A stretch of DNA of 64,000 nucleotides, taken from Isurus oxyrinchus. Its lineage: Eukaryota. Under the pieces are notes generated by a model that saw nothing but the letters and a program-made list of their open reading frames with translations, made no database searches and had not been told where the DNA came from. The DNA lies in assembly GCA_026770705.1 (NCBI GenBank), contig JANJGN010000034.1, positions 4,154,001 through 4,218,000 of the forward strand. The letters run 5' to 3'. Shown here piece after piece: positions 49,370-61,789 of the stretch (position 1 is its first letter; each line of letters begins with the position of its first letter). The translations under genes were made by a program, and so were the position numbers.

Positions 49370-49850
49370 GGGCACCATAGGCTACTCGGCCATCACTGCC
49401 ACAACCTTAACAGCTGCCCACCGCAGATTTGCATGCCCGGGCAGAAGGTGAAATACCCGTCCATTTACATGCACCGTACTCAACATCCCCGCGTCCAGAA
49501 AGTTCTATCAAGTGAAGCAGATCTCCAATTCGAAAACATTCAATTTGGTTTAGTGCATTTCCTGTTCCCAATGCGGACTCCGCTACACTGAGGAGACTGA
49601 TCGCTGACTGGGTGAACATAATACGGGACACCTTCCACCTGTCACCAAGCGTGACCTTCCTGTTACCTGCCATTTCAACACTACGCCCTACTCTAATGCC
49701 GGCATGTTCATCCTTGATCTGCTGAAATGATCCAATGATTTTCAAGGCAAACTGGAGGAACAACAGTTCAGCTTCCAATGAGGCATTTTACACCCTTTGG
49801 ACTTAACATTCAGTTCAACAAACTCAGAGCATGAACCTTCACCTGCATCC
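49370..49850 (+). mobile_element. Second Penelope GIY-YIG relic in the opposite orientation
   Basis: ttcaatttggtttagtgcatttcctgttcccaatgcggactccgctacactgaggagact..ccttcctgttacctgccatttcaac..aaactggaggaacaacag (NLV*CISCSQCGLRYTEET..LPVTCHFN..KLEEQ). Confidence 0.82.
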
Positions 49851-52638
49851 CCACTTGAAAAAGAGTGAGTACGTGATATGCTGCATTCACTTAAAGTTGG
49901 CAAGTATTGCATAACCAAGTTATTTACAGAGTGCGTGGGAAAGAAGGATTGAAGTAGTGAAGGTAAAGGCCTAAGTCTTCAATTCTCCTTAGATAAAAGG
50001 TGCAAGATGGCTTCAGGACTAAACCATCTGCAGACTTTTCTTTTACAACATGGGCTTTTAGCCTAATTCTAGAAAACATAGGTCATGCACTTTATCCGTA
50101 ATGCTGGGAAGAATAATTTTTGAAATGATAACTCTGGACAAATTTAACTGTGACTTCAGCAATTGTGGATTTTTATTTTCAGGAATTCAAGTTCGTTAAC
50201 TGCCATTACAAGGGCATTCCTGCTAAGCCAACTTGTTCCAGCTAATTATAAATGTAATGGCTGAGAAGGAAAGATGCTATCGGTGTATTGAACATGGATA
50301 TTAAATACATATGATAACGTGATACAAAGTAGTCTAGTTCAGTGAAGTGGGAATAAATTCAACAAGTAGTACATTGGCAGCATGGACATGAATTTGGTGG
50401 CCTGATTGGAAATAGAGAGTTGACAAACTGGTCAACTTGCGGAAGGGATGATCAAGCTCTGGTAAAGGTGCTCCAAGATATTAAATGCCACAGAGTGTAT
50501 AGAGGGAAAACTGTTCCCCTTGGCAGAAGATCGTGATCCAGCCGACATGCATTTAGTGCAATTAGCAAAATGGCCACTGTTGACAAGAGTATTCCAAACG
50601 ACCCAACCCAAAAGCACACACACATGCATCGAGATATCAGGATCAGGAATACATTGCTGCATGCAGTATCCTAAATTGAAATAAATGCACATGAATCGGA
50701 ATCTCAACTGGATGGAATATTTGGGCTTCAGACAATGAGCAGACGAGAAAAATGGCATTTGTTTCATCATCTGGACTTATATGGAAAAGTATTCTGGGAA
50801 GAGACTGGTGCTGGTCTCTTTGAGGTGCGCTCACGATATTGCAGAGGAAATGTTTCCTTCAGATTGCTGGAAGATGATGGGAAAACAATAGGTGTCTGGA
50901 TGGGAAATCAGTTGCAGATGTTGGGAACATACAAGGGTGATCAATAAAAAAATGAAGGCTGGAAGGTTTTACGGTGAGGGCGAGAGCTTGGTGGAGCCCA
51001 CGTATTCGTGGGAATGGTGACAGCTGAAGCGCTGTACTGAAGGCATTGAGGTCTATGGTCCTGACACACATCTGAGGTGCTGCCAAGTAAAATAGCATCC
51101 TCACATCAAATTCAAAGTGGTTGGTTGAATCAGAAGAATGCGCCTTCTCCACCTATGACTTTAAAACCGTTCGGGGTAGTTCAAAGTTGAACGGGCCTGA
51201 ACTTTTGTGGCAGGTTTTATTCCAGCGTCAGTTGTACTTTCGTGAATGTGGCCAATGTATCGCTACTTTCATTGCAGACAGCAGAAATAAATTTGGGTCC
51301 CCCAGTTGCTAAGCAGTTGAAGCAATTTCCACGTGGCTTTAGCTGAGATCAAGATACGCATGGTCATTTTTAATGGGGGACTCAGTGGCAGTACTGGGAT
51401 TTAAAAATATGCCAGTGGGTTATGTATTGTGAAAGCCTCAGGAGCGAACTAGACCTCATTTAGAATGGCAGTGGGACAGTAACCAAAGAACACATATATA
51501 TCCTCTTCGGGGATGGTTTACAACTTAAAACGCCAGTACACTGTCAATTTGTGGATTTGAGCAAGAAATTATCCCTCAACGTTTGAGTCGGTGCCTTATC
51601 AGCGATCTCTCACACACAGTCTCTGACAGTGCCTGGGCCATTGACTGAAAGTAAATATTTTTCTCGGGGTTAGAGGGCGTTTAATTTCCTCATGGGATGA
51701 GTTATCCCCCCCCCCCCCCCACCCCCGCAACATCACCCCCTCCCCCCGCCATACGTCAGGTGTGCTGGGCAGGAGCGGTCAGTTTCGGCCAGCCCGTTTT
51801 GTTATTTTGATTGTTATTTAAATAGCCTGAATGGCGTTGGAGCGCTCCGCGGGAGCGCAGCCGATTCTGGTGCACGGTAACACAACTGAAGATTTGAATG
51901 ATGCACAGTGACATCATGGCGCAGCACCAACGTCACCTCACGTCATTAACGCGTCATGGAGGGGGGACCTGCCGTGCATATGTTTCTGGATGTTCGTTTT
52001 CCTGTAGCTCTATGCCCTTGCAGCAACTTTCCTCATCCATTGGAGCAACTTCGCTCACCCACGCGGAACAATCCCCTGCCCCTTGTATGAGTTCCTCCTA
52101 CATCATCCTGCTCCTGGGGAGCAAAAACGCACTGAGAACATTTTCACCTGCCTGCTTGCAGTAGCCCCGAAATAGCCTCAAACCATAACAACAACCAACT
52201 AGCAGGATCTAACTTGATCAGGCATAACTCTGCTATCAGGAATACAGGGGAAGAGTTTTGCTGTGAGGGTCATTGTGGAAATTCTGCAAAGAGGAAACCT
52301 GAGACTGGTGAAGACATTTGGAGGTGCATTGGGCGAAGTCTGTCTGAGGACCAGAATTTACGGAAGAGTTTATAGATTGCAGTATTCTAATGTGTGAGTA
52401 GGGCACGGATTTTCATGTGCGACAAAATCACCTAAATAAGTATCAAAGAACAAGAAATGGCTCCAAAACACAAGTATGTGCCACAATTCTAAGCAATTTC
52501 AATGTTTGCAAAATCATTTGGATGTTTGTGCCGCTGATAGGAATTTTTGGAGATGCACACAGATTATTGCCTTATGATGAAGGATGTAGCGGGGAGCCAG
52601 CGAGATATAGAATGTGTGAGAGAGTGCATGAATGAAAT

Positions 52639-52682
52639 ATGTGCGTGTATATGTGTGTGTGCGTGAGAGAGAGAGAGAGAGA
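52639..52682. repeat. (GT)n(GA)n microsatellite
   Basis: gtgtatatgtgtgtgtgcgtgagagagagagagagaga. Confidence 0.9.
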
Positions 52683-54010
52683 ATAAAGGCCACTTCAAAG
52701 CTCCATTGGATGAGGTGAGTTGCTGCAAGGGCATATGGCTACATGAAATGTTGGGAGGAAAATACTGTGAGAGGGAGGGAGTGATTAAATCATTGATTGA
52801 GAGACAGAGAAAATTAAAAAGAGGGGGGTGGAATTATATTGTCTGTGAGAGAGGAGGAGAAGAGAGGGCATTAATAGATTGAGAGGGAGGGGGAGAGATA
52901 GTGAGAGAGAGAAAGGGAAAATCTGTCCAATGTTACACAAGCCTACCAAAGGAAAAAAGATGTGAAAGAAATGTTGTGGGATCTGCAACATTAATAGGAG
53001 TAGAACATTAAGGATTGAATTAATCCTCCGGGTTGATCTTGGCCGGCTGCATTACCCAGGCTCAGTGGTGAGAGGGGTTAGGTTTTGGAATAGATAGAGT
53101 GAGAGGAAATGGGGTGAGGAGACGTTCTGAAGATAAATGGAGATGTAAAAGCGTGGTTCAAAAAACTTTCCACCGGTCTGACCAGCGCTGTATCCGCAAG
53201 CCCTCTGGTGAATCGTGTTCATATTGTCGAAGAGTATGTTACCCTGGAAGAACAGCAGCAGAGATGAAGAAAATGTCCGCAGCGGTAACATCAGCAGAGG
53301 AGGAGAGTGTGGTGCAGGGAACAGCTGTGTCAGTGAAGGAGGAGGCAGAAATAGCGGCGGAGGTGACAGGGAGAGAAGTGTTCGCAGCGAAATCGGAGAC
53401 AGCAACTACAAGTCCGGAAAGGAGAAGCCGAGAAAAAACTAGAATTATTTTTATAAAGAGCTGGTCTTTTCGATTTCACCTAAATATTAAGCAAAAAAGG
53501 TGGCAATTTATCCTCTGGCCATTGCAAAGTATGTATCTTGAGATATGTTGAGCTTTTCTTCTGTTGTCTGCAGAGGCTGGCAAAGTTTTCGGGGAGCTGA
53601 ACTCATCAATGTGCTTCCGGATTTGAAAAGTTTGGAACTATGCTATTGAGAGTGACAGCACGGCTAACAATGTGCTTCTTAAAAATTCAAGTGGCCATTG
53701 GAATATGCTGCTGCTGCCAGCTCCATGTTCTCCAGCAGAGATTGATTCATATAATCGTATAGGATAATATCACATTTTCACACAACTGCTTGAAATGCTA
53801 TCTGCTGAGAAGCAAAGAGTGCATGGAACTTATATGGCTGCTCATACTTGTAATACCGAAAACCTTGTTATTTTATCTGACAGAGGGATAAGATGGTGTG
53901 GGCATATGCCGTCCAACAGAAGAGGCTGGGGAGAACGATTTACTAGCGGCTAACACTGAAGAAAAAAGCCATCAGTCCATGGCCCCCAGTACAGTGCAGT
54001 GCCCGCCTGG

Positions 54011-54322
54011 CACCAAGAGCAGACTACCTGTCAGAGGCTGGAGGCAGATAAGGCGGCCTTCCACTCCAAAATGGAGGCACAGTAGGAAGCCCTCCACTAG
54101 TAGCTGGAGGCTGGGAAGTTGGTCGCAAAGTAGAAGCTGGGAATGGACAAGTGGAGACAGCAGAAGTGGGTGGCACAGAATGTGGCACTCCAAAAGAAGT
54201 TGGAGGCAGATAAGGCAGCATCCCTGCAGAAACAGTGGGCAGAAAATGCGGCCCTTCAGCAGACGTTGGAGGAGGGTTTTGGGTTCAAACAAGACCTCAA
54301 GGCGAATTTCGGGGAAACTTAG
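54011..54322 (+). pseudogene. Decayed coding segment with 33-bp / 11-aa coiled-coil repeats (QKLEAxKAALQ-like)
   Basis: Frame from 54011: HQEQTTCQRLEADKAAFHSKMEAQ*EALH**LEAGKLVAK*KLGMDKWRQQKWVAQNVALQKKLEADKAASLQKQWAENAALQQTLEEG.. TAG stops at 54083, 54098, 54101 and 54131. Confidence 0.6.
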
Positions 54323-55699
54323 TGGTGGAACTGCAAACTGCTGGATGAATTTCTCACCACCTAGAGGCAGAGTTATATTTCATTTTTATCTCTGCAACCC
54401 TTATCTTCCATGCAACAGCTGTATTAATGCTGACAAATTATTTTAGGTTAACTATTTTCTTTCTTTCTGATGCAGCCCGAGGACCAGAGTGGCATCGTGT
54501 GGAGACGCTGACTTTCAGGACCATGCCAATCTTCGAAAATAACCCAATCTAGATTGAAGCTCAATCTGCATCAATGCTCACCGTCAGAATGCCACCAAAT
54601 GTACAGAGTTAATTTCCACCGTAATGGATAGAACAATAATCATTATTTCAATACTCCAGATAAAAGCATTGCACGCTCACACCATAAACACAATTCAACG
54701 TGATGGTGAAAAGTCAACGGCCAATTCGGGGTAAGCCCCTGGCTGTTAATCTGCGGACTCCATATGCACTCACATGGAGTCCACATATGCTCACTCTTGT
54801 CAAAGCTCCAACACACTGCCACACATGCCTCAGCAGAAATAATGTTCTCAACAAATTTGGCCTTTCACAAGCACTGTTTGCTTTCTCTTTTTTCTGTTTA
54901 TTACAGAAATCCATCTGTTTATGTGTCTCGCATCTCCGTGCGAGCAGTGTCACTTCTGCCAGAATTGTGCTGTCATGTATTACTTTAACAATTGTAATGA
55001 AGCCATGCTGACCTTATTGCACTTCCCTCTATCTGCAGTACGTATCGCACATTGATTGAAGGTGAACGAGTTGAGTGAGGAGCAAACCTCGAATGAGCTT
55101 AGCAGGCTGAACAATTAAATAACAGTGAAGATCATGGGACTTAACAGAAATAAAAATCAACCCGAAATCAATAACAATGTAGTGTAGTGATGATGCACAT
55201 TTATTAGTGTTTGCTCTTTTTTTTACCCGCAGTAGTAGAATCGGTGCCACTTCTACTGAAACAATTATCCAGACTTAGATTTCAATGGGGCTAGTTGTAC
55301 ATTTCGATTATGCATAGTTGCCATTTTTCAGCATAATACTTGCACAGCTTTTAGTCAATTTAGACAATCTTTAACTCTGAGTGGTTTTCGTTGCATAATT
55401 TACACATTTGCAGATTCAGACCTGTTAACATTGAACGTCATGAGCTGCAAAATTAGACACCGCGAGTAGTTCTTCCAGATATATATATATTTTTTAAATG
55501 TACCTGTTGATGCAAATTCGAAGTGCGCCTTAAGGCCATTTGATAGAACGAGAAAGAAAATGTACAAGTCGATGTGAAATCATCAGTGCTATTGAGTTTT
55601 CCCATTGGCGTTAATGGCAACACATTGAGTATCACAGGCACTCCCTCTGGAATCCCAGTTCTGAATTGTTCTTTTTAACCGTTGACGAACCATAGCTAG

Positions 55700-57750
55700 C
55701 TAGTGCCCGCAATGCTCTAACTTCCTACTCAGCTGCACATTTTAACGTCATTTCCCCTGATGATCTTCCCTGCCCAGCTTTCAAACACATAGGTCCCCGC
55801 CTTTTATCGCCCGGCTTCCGCAAGTCCTGCACATTGCAATGTTCTGAGACAGATGGTTTCGTCTTATTCCATCCCGAATGCGAGGATTTCGTCCAAATTT
55901 ATTTCCCTTTTAAGTCCCGACATACCTCAATGTGTAATGCTGCCTATATTCTGTGATCCTTTAATGACTTCCAAATGTAGGGTAATTTTTTGATCATGGA
56001 CATCTAATGCCTCTATTATTTTCACTCACTACATTGGCCGAATTTGTGACGTCGTCTATTCCTTGAATAGATTACAAACAAGTTTGTACCTATTCCCATC
56101 ATCATCCCTTTTACGAACTTAATTGCACGTTATTCAGACTTTATTCAACTCACTTCTTCAAAAATAAGAGATTTTATTTTTGGCAGATAATAAACTGTTC
56201 CAAAGTTGCCATCAGGCTTGTTGATTATTATTGATGTTCGACATGGGAGAACAGACCGCAGCATTCTCAGAGGGACACATGATAGATTTAACAAGGGGAG
56301 CAAAAACAAAATGACGTTCCTGTCAAAGCTGCACGTCGCAATGAAAAGATCAAATACGGATAAGTTATCAGCTGTATTGTTTCGGGAGCAGCGAGAAAAC
56401 CGGAGATTGGTCCAGAGTTTCATTCGGACACCTGGCCAAAGAAATGGACACAACGGCGGCAACGAAAGGTCAAAGTTTTTCCTATCCAGAAATTGATGTA
56501 ATTGGACACTAAGTGAATATCCAAGGGCATGCCCTTCACGATTAGGAATCCTGAGCCTGAAGTGCATCCATTTTATAATGTAAGAGGAGCTTTCGAACCA
56601 GGCGGAGGTGAGCAATAAAAAAGGATACTGGTCTTCAATCTGGTAGACCCCAAGTCCGTGTATCCTTCCTCATCGTCGTTCTTGGGTTGCACTGGGGAGG
56701 AATGGCTGCGCCCACAGCACACCCTAAGGGAAAGCTTATATTCACTGTAAGAACCTTTTAGATTTCCGATACCTTCTGCTGCAATGTGGATTCCAGAATT
56801 TGCATATTTCAGTACAATGATAGCGGCGAAATCTGACTGTATCGCGGTCAATATCTGCACAAAATCCTGTTGTTATAATGCTGTGAATATCTTATCATGT
56901 TAATTTTTTAATCCCTGATCCTGTAATTTTGTTATCCGCTAACGCTGCGATCCAATGTTTCTAAGACATTGCATGTTGTTTACCACAAACAGAAAAATAC
57001 AAACAAGAGCTGGATACTAAAGGTAGTAATATGAAACAATCACGACAATAGTTACTCAAATGAGCAGCATGCCGTTGCATTCGTGTGTGAAGCTGAGGGA
57101 GTCAGGAAGTTTGTGAATCCAACGCCGACATCTGACCTATTTTGTTCGTGCGCATATGATACAGGAAAATAGATTTGAATACGTTTGTGGGCTCTGTCAC
57201 ACCACCATCAAGGGTTCTGTTTCAAGGGGCAAGGTTTGAGCATACCTGCAAACTTCCCACTTTAATTTGACTCCAGCTTCCATAAAACTTCAAAGTTGCG
57301 AGCCATCTCCTTATAGGAGCATAAATGTTGTTTTAAATTTGTTGACCATTGTACTTCTCTCGCTTGTTGCAATCCATATCCTCCCCCATGCTTTTACACA
57401 TTTAAGGGCCGCCTCAATTGTAAGGCAATGTTGTTGAGCAATCAATATCAAATAATCCGTCTCGTTATATGTCATCCTATTGCCCTATTCATTGAAAAAA
57501 TTGGAAGAGGCCCAGAAATGTAATGAACTACGGAGGGCCATTATCCCAATTTCGTCGATAGCGTGATCGAATAGATGTTAGAAATACACCGCATGGAACT
57601 CATTTTCGGCTAATAGTATGGTTGTAACTTCAGAATTAGACGAATAAATATGCGTCGGAATTTTCCCCTGAGAGCATTTTAGTGTCCCGCCGAAGCGAAT
57701 GCAATGTAGTGACTGGGCCGTAAAATTATTCTCATGAGGATTTTTCCTGC
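55700..57750 (-). mobile_element. Highly decayed LTR-retroelement (Gypsy/ERV-type) pol relic
   Basis: Minus-strand motifs in pol order: CVKAWGRIWIATS (YxDD-like, ~57362-57400), FMEAGVKLKWEVCRYAQ (~57236-57286), VGFTNFL (~57103-57123), IPNREGHALGYSLS (RNase H end-like) and HSGWNKT..LRK (integrase zinc-finger-like, ~55860). No LTRs recognised. Confidence 0.5.
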
Positions 57751-59329
57751 CAAATTCTAAAAGTATAGCTATGTTTTTGTTTCAATTTCTACAGCACAAG
57801 AACTGGCTGCGAAAGAGACAGGTATGCGTGGGGCTATAATCAAAACTGTTAGTAAAATATCCACGTCATTCGTTTCATGTGTTGTAGTTTCAAATATGCA
57901 ATGGACATTCACTCGACCGGTGCAAGGGACGAACGGTCCCACGTAGGATTAAAGGCTGTGATTCCATAATCCTGTACAGATTAAATGGAGGGCAGATTAT
58001 TTTAAATGTAATAAAATACATGACGCGGTTTGATAGAGAGGCAACAAACAAAAAAAAAAGAGGAAATGTGCTCAGTTGTTCAACGGGCAGTAAAAATATG
58101 CGACAACTTAAATGTAGCGAGCAAATGAAATAGAGGGATCATGGAGAAAAATAATCGTGAATTGTTATGATCGGACATGCAATGTCAGAAAGGCTGCTGA
58201 CATTGGATGCTATAACCATTTCTGAAAGTGCAATTAATTATTTAATAAATATGAAAATGGGCAAATGTGTCCAGAAGGGTCTCAGTCCAGGAACTATTTT
58301 GTTTTGTTTGTGCGGGTAAGTATATGTAGTGGTCGAAATGGTTTCCATGCGTTTGGTCTTGCACTCATCAGAACTGATCACAAGAATACCGACAGTAATG
58401 GTAACAGCAACTTCATTCTCAATGGCAATGCTTTTAGAATAAGTTTCGAGCTGAATGATTTGAATTTGAAGAACATCTTGAAAGTTAACTCTTCCCTCCT
58501 GTATTCGCCGTGGCACCCCTTTAGAAATCAGAGTTCACTTGCCAACCAATCAGTAGATTTTATTACTGAGGTGTAAGTTGCTGCTATCTTTAATATCGGT
58601 GGCATTTAAGGTTGACAATCTTGCGAAAAGTTGAAGGAACTAATTAACATGAGAGGGGCATTTCGACTTTGTGCTGTAATATTTTATAATCATGTGTTCT
58701 TTGTACATTGCTTTAGGTTTTCTTTGTGTATGAATAATGACATGATTTCTGAACTTGCCATATGATAGAGAAATGTGGTGCTTTACAAATCATGGAAATG
58801 TATTTTCCTCTTAAATGAAGACGATGAAAGGGGCATGGAATGGAGCCGATTTGAACGACTGAGACCTGAAGGTCTGACAGCATGCTCCTGAATATTTTGA
58901 ACTGTTTTGGTCAATTATAGGCACTTTTTTAAAATGATGGAATGCATTAGTGAAATCTTCTTGTTCAGTGTCGGGAGAGACGGAACTTCATCCTTATCCT
59001 TGATGTATAAGTAGAATACAATGTCGCTCACAAATACCCCAGTGAAGTATCAAGCATTGTGTAACCGTTAATTAATGTTAACAGTGGAATGTAAAAATGA
59101 GTTGTCCTTGTGTCGAGGGAATTTTTCAAAAGAAAATCTTAGTGTATATTTATTGGTGTTTGGAAATCCAAATGTATATTTTTGTTAAATAAGTTTGTCT
59201 TATGCAATTCAGTTACTGATTCCCACATGTTCCACCAGCACAGCAAGCCTCCCCTGGGTTTTCCTACTTTCCTCTTTGTTGCTTTATTGCATTATTTCTT
59301 TCTTTCTCGCTTTCGCAATATTTTTCTTT

Positions 59330-59354
59330 ATTTCTTTCTTTCTTTTCTTTCTTT

Positions 59355-59401
<47 letters not shown>

Positions 59402-59410
59402 GCCTTTCTT
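59330..59410. repeat. (TTTC)n microsatellite
   Basis: Direct reading: tttctttctttctttc.. Confidence 0.95.
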
Positions 59411-61789
59411 CCTTCTGTTCTATCTCGCTTTCTTTCATTCATAATTACTTACCTATCTCTTTACATATCTGTCCCTCAGCAGGACACATATCCAGCCATC
59501 TCTCCAGACCTCAGCCTCCATAGACGTCTATTAAAAGTCTTTATGGGCCTCTATCTAGATATAGATTTTTGAATCTTATCTCGAAAATTTTGTACTTCGG
59601 TACTGATCGCACATATCTTTCTTCCTCTGCTTGCATAACTCTGGCCCTAACTCTACTTCTTGCTCAGTTTTTTTTTTTAAAATCAAATTTCTTACTTGGA
59701 GCCCTCAACATAATTGGTCTCCTTAGCTCTCTCTCTCTCACTCTCTTTTCCTATGTGTTTTTCTATATCTTTTTTTCATTTTCACATTTTCCTTTACTCA
59801 TCCAGTCCTCACCTTGACTTCCAGTTTGTTCTCGCTGTCCTCCTCTAAATAATCCTTTCTCTCTTTTTCACCCATTGTAACTTTCCATTTCATTGTCAAA
59901 GGCCTCAGCAAACATGACCCAGGCAGCCTTGACTTTACCTGGCCGAATGCGCCCCTTCAGCTGATATTTCATTCGGCTTTGGTGGGTACCAAACTAATGG
60001 AACGATAAGGGAAATCATTGAGAACATTTCCATGTACGTCTGAATGTAACATGGTGCCAAAACAATGGAAATAAAAAAAAATCGTAATGTTTACTTTTGA
60101 CTAATTACTGTCCATCTTCATTTTCAGCGTTTGGTCTATCGGAGGAAAGGGCAACATCATTAGGTGCATGCCGGCTCTGATTTAACATGACATATTTAAC
60201 CAATAAATGCTGTGTGGAACTTTAAGCTTTAGCAATGACACAGATGTGTGGTAAAGGATCAACAGCCAGAATTTATTGAATCCAATCATCCTGCTCCCCT
60301 TTTAATTATTTATTTCATTTTTTTCTTACCCAAAACGATTCTGACTATGGGCTGTATCTGCATTTTCCACTGTGATATTTTCGTAAGGAAACATTTCATT
60401 TGATCAGCATGTAGACTTTTGACATAATACATTGTGCGACGTTCACTGTTTGTCATGACTTTAGAAGCATACTATCGGCGGGGGTTACATGGTGAAGGGA
60501 ACAAATGAGATAGCATTTACCCATCGTTAAACAGACGCCAGCCTTCGATCTATTGAAATGCATAAGACTCACTATCCTGAATGAGCCCTAACGACTGCGA
60601 CCATTGAGTTCCCCACCTCACCTTGCTGCCTGGCCGTCCCACCTAACCTTCAGGCAATGCAACCGAACCACGCCCCCCACTCCCACACAGTTATGCAAAG
60701 TTAGACCATCTGAGTTAATTATAGCTCAGTTGTCGCCTGCTTTTGACTTTAGTCATTGCAGCAGAAATAAATCATCAGTTATGACACCTTTATGGCGTGC
60801 CTGTGTTAGGTGATGGCCAGTACAAATAAAATACATTATTTTACTTGTACTCATTACGATTTGTCATTTGATATTCTCGCACCTGCAGTCCCTTAACAGT
60901 CTACGTTGTTTGAGTCTGTGAGGATTAAATTAGTAAAACTCCTGCTCCTGTGTCGGAAATGCATGGATTCATTCGCCACCCCAATGACTTCAATGTTATA
61001 CCCAAATGGACAATTCAATGTACATGTAAACAAAATCGTCGATTCATGTTGTCGACAAGCAGTAGAGGACCACCAAATGTCTTGGACTAATTGTATCGCT
61101 CAGGCATCCAATATTAGAATATATTAAATTAAATGCAGCTTTCGGTTGTTTGGATCCTGTTTAAACTTACTATCTTGGGAGTTCCCTTCTTTACAATAAT
61201 GTTTATAGTTAATTGGCGGTAAGCTCTTGGTGATAGTAAGACTTCTGTCCATTTTGCTGCACATCATATGGAATACACCTTCATGAGCATTATTTCAATT
61301 CCGGTCAATTCCAGTTCATTAGATAATTACTAGTCTTGTTTCAAGCATCCCTAATGATAAAAATGCAAACAAAATATGACGATTTTCGAACGCTTTCCAT
61401 ATTCCTAACAAGTATGAAAGTTCTTACAACCCAGAAAAATGTGTTAAAATTGTTTTACCGCCTGCATTATGCTAGAAAACAAAATAAACTGTCAGACCAA
61501 TGTGACACATCGAAATTCAAACCAGGGCTAGGTGAGAATGAACGAGTGTTATTTTTTTCCTTTTTCTCTGTCGTTCATTGGGAAATAGGTACTATCAGGC
61601 ATATAAGAAAACAATCCTGCTCTCTTGATAACAGTTTTGTGGCATTGTTTATGTCCTCTTTAAAGTACAAGTGTTTCCTTGGTTTATTATCTCAATCCAT
61701 ACCAAACGGCATCTTTCATTTACTGCCCTCCGTGGATCTTCCACCTATGGGTTGTTTGAAGTCCTTCTTGACCGCCAAATATTTTGGCC

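Noticed and set aside
51700-52200. CpG-rich stretch as a promoter
   Set aside because: It is short and resembles a GC-rich interspersed repeat; there is no supporting evidence for a transcription start.
53898-54446. 182-aa ORF, the longest in the window, as a real protein
   Set aside because: It is an off-frame reading (W/R/S-rich) of the 33-bp repeat. The protein-like frame is a different one and contains stops.
59182-59817. Hydrophobic ORFs as membrane proteins
   Set aside because: They are translations of (TTTC)n and pyrimidine-rich low-complexity DNA. The same applies to 46352..46600 and to the ER/LS-repeat ORFs at 7761, 25122 and 40429.
43700-61700. B30.2/PRY-SPRY or Ig-domain exon of the heptad gene
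   Set aside because: No LDPxTAH, GRHYWEVEV or DxGxYxC motif was found by eye or in the ORF track; a search is still needed to exclude a decayed copy.
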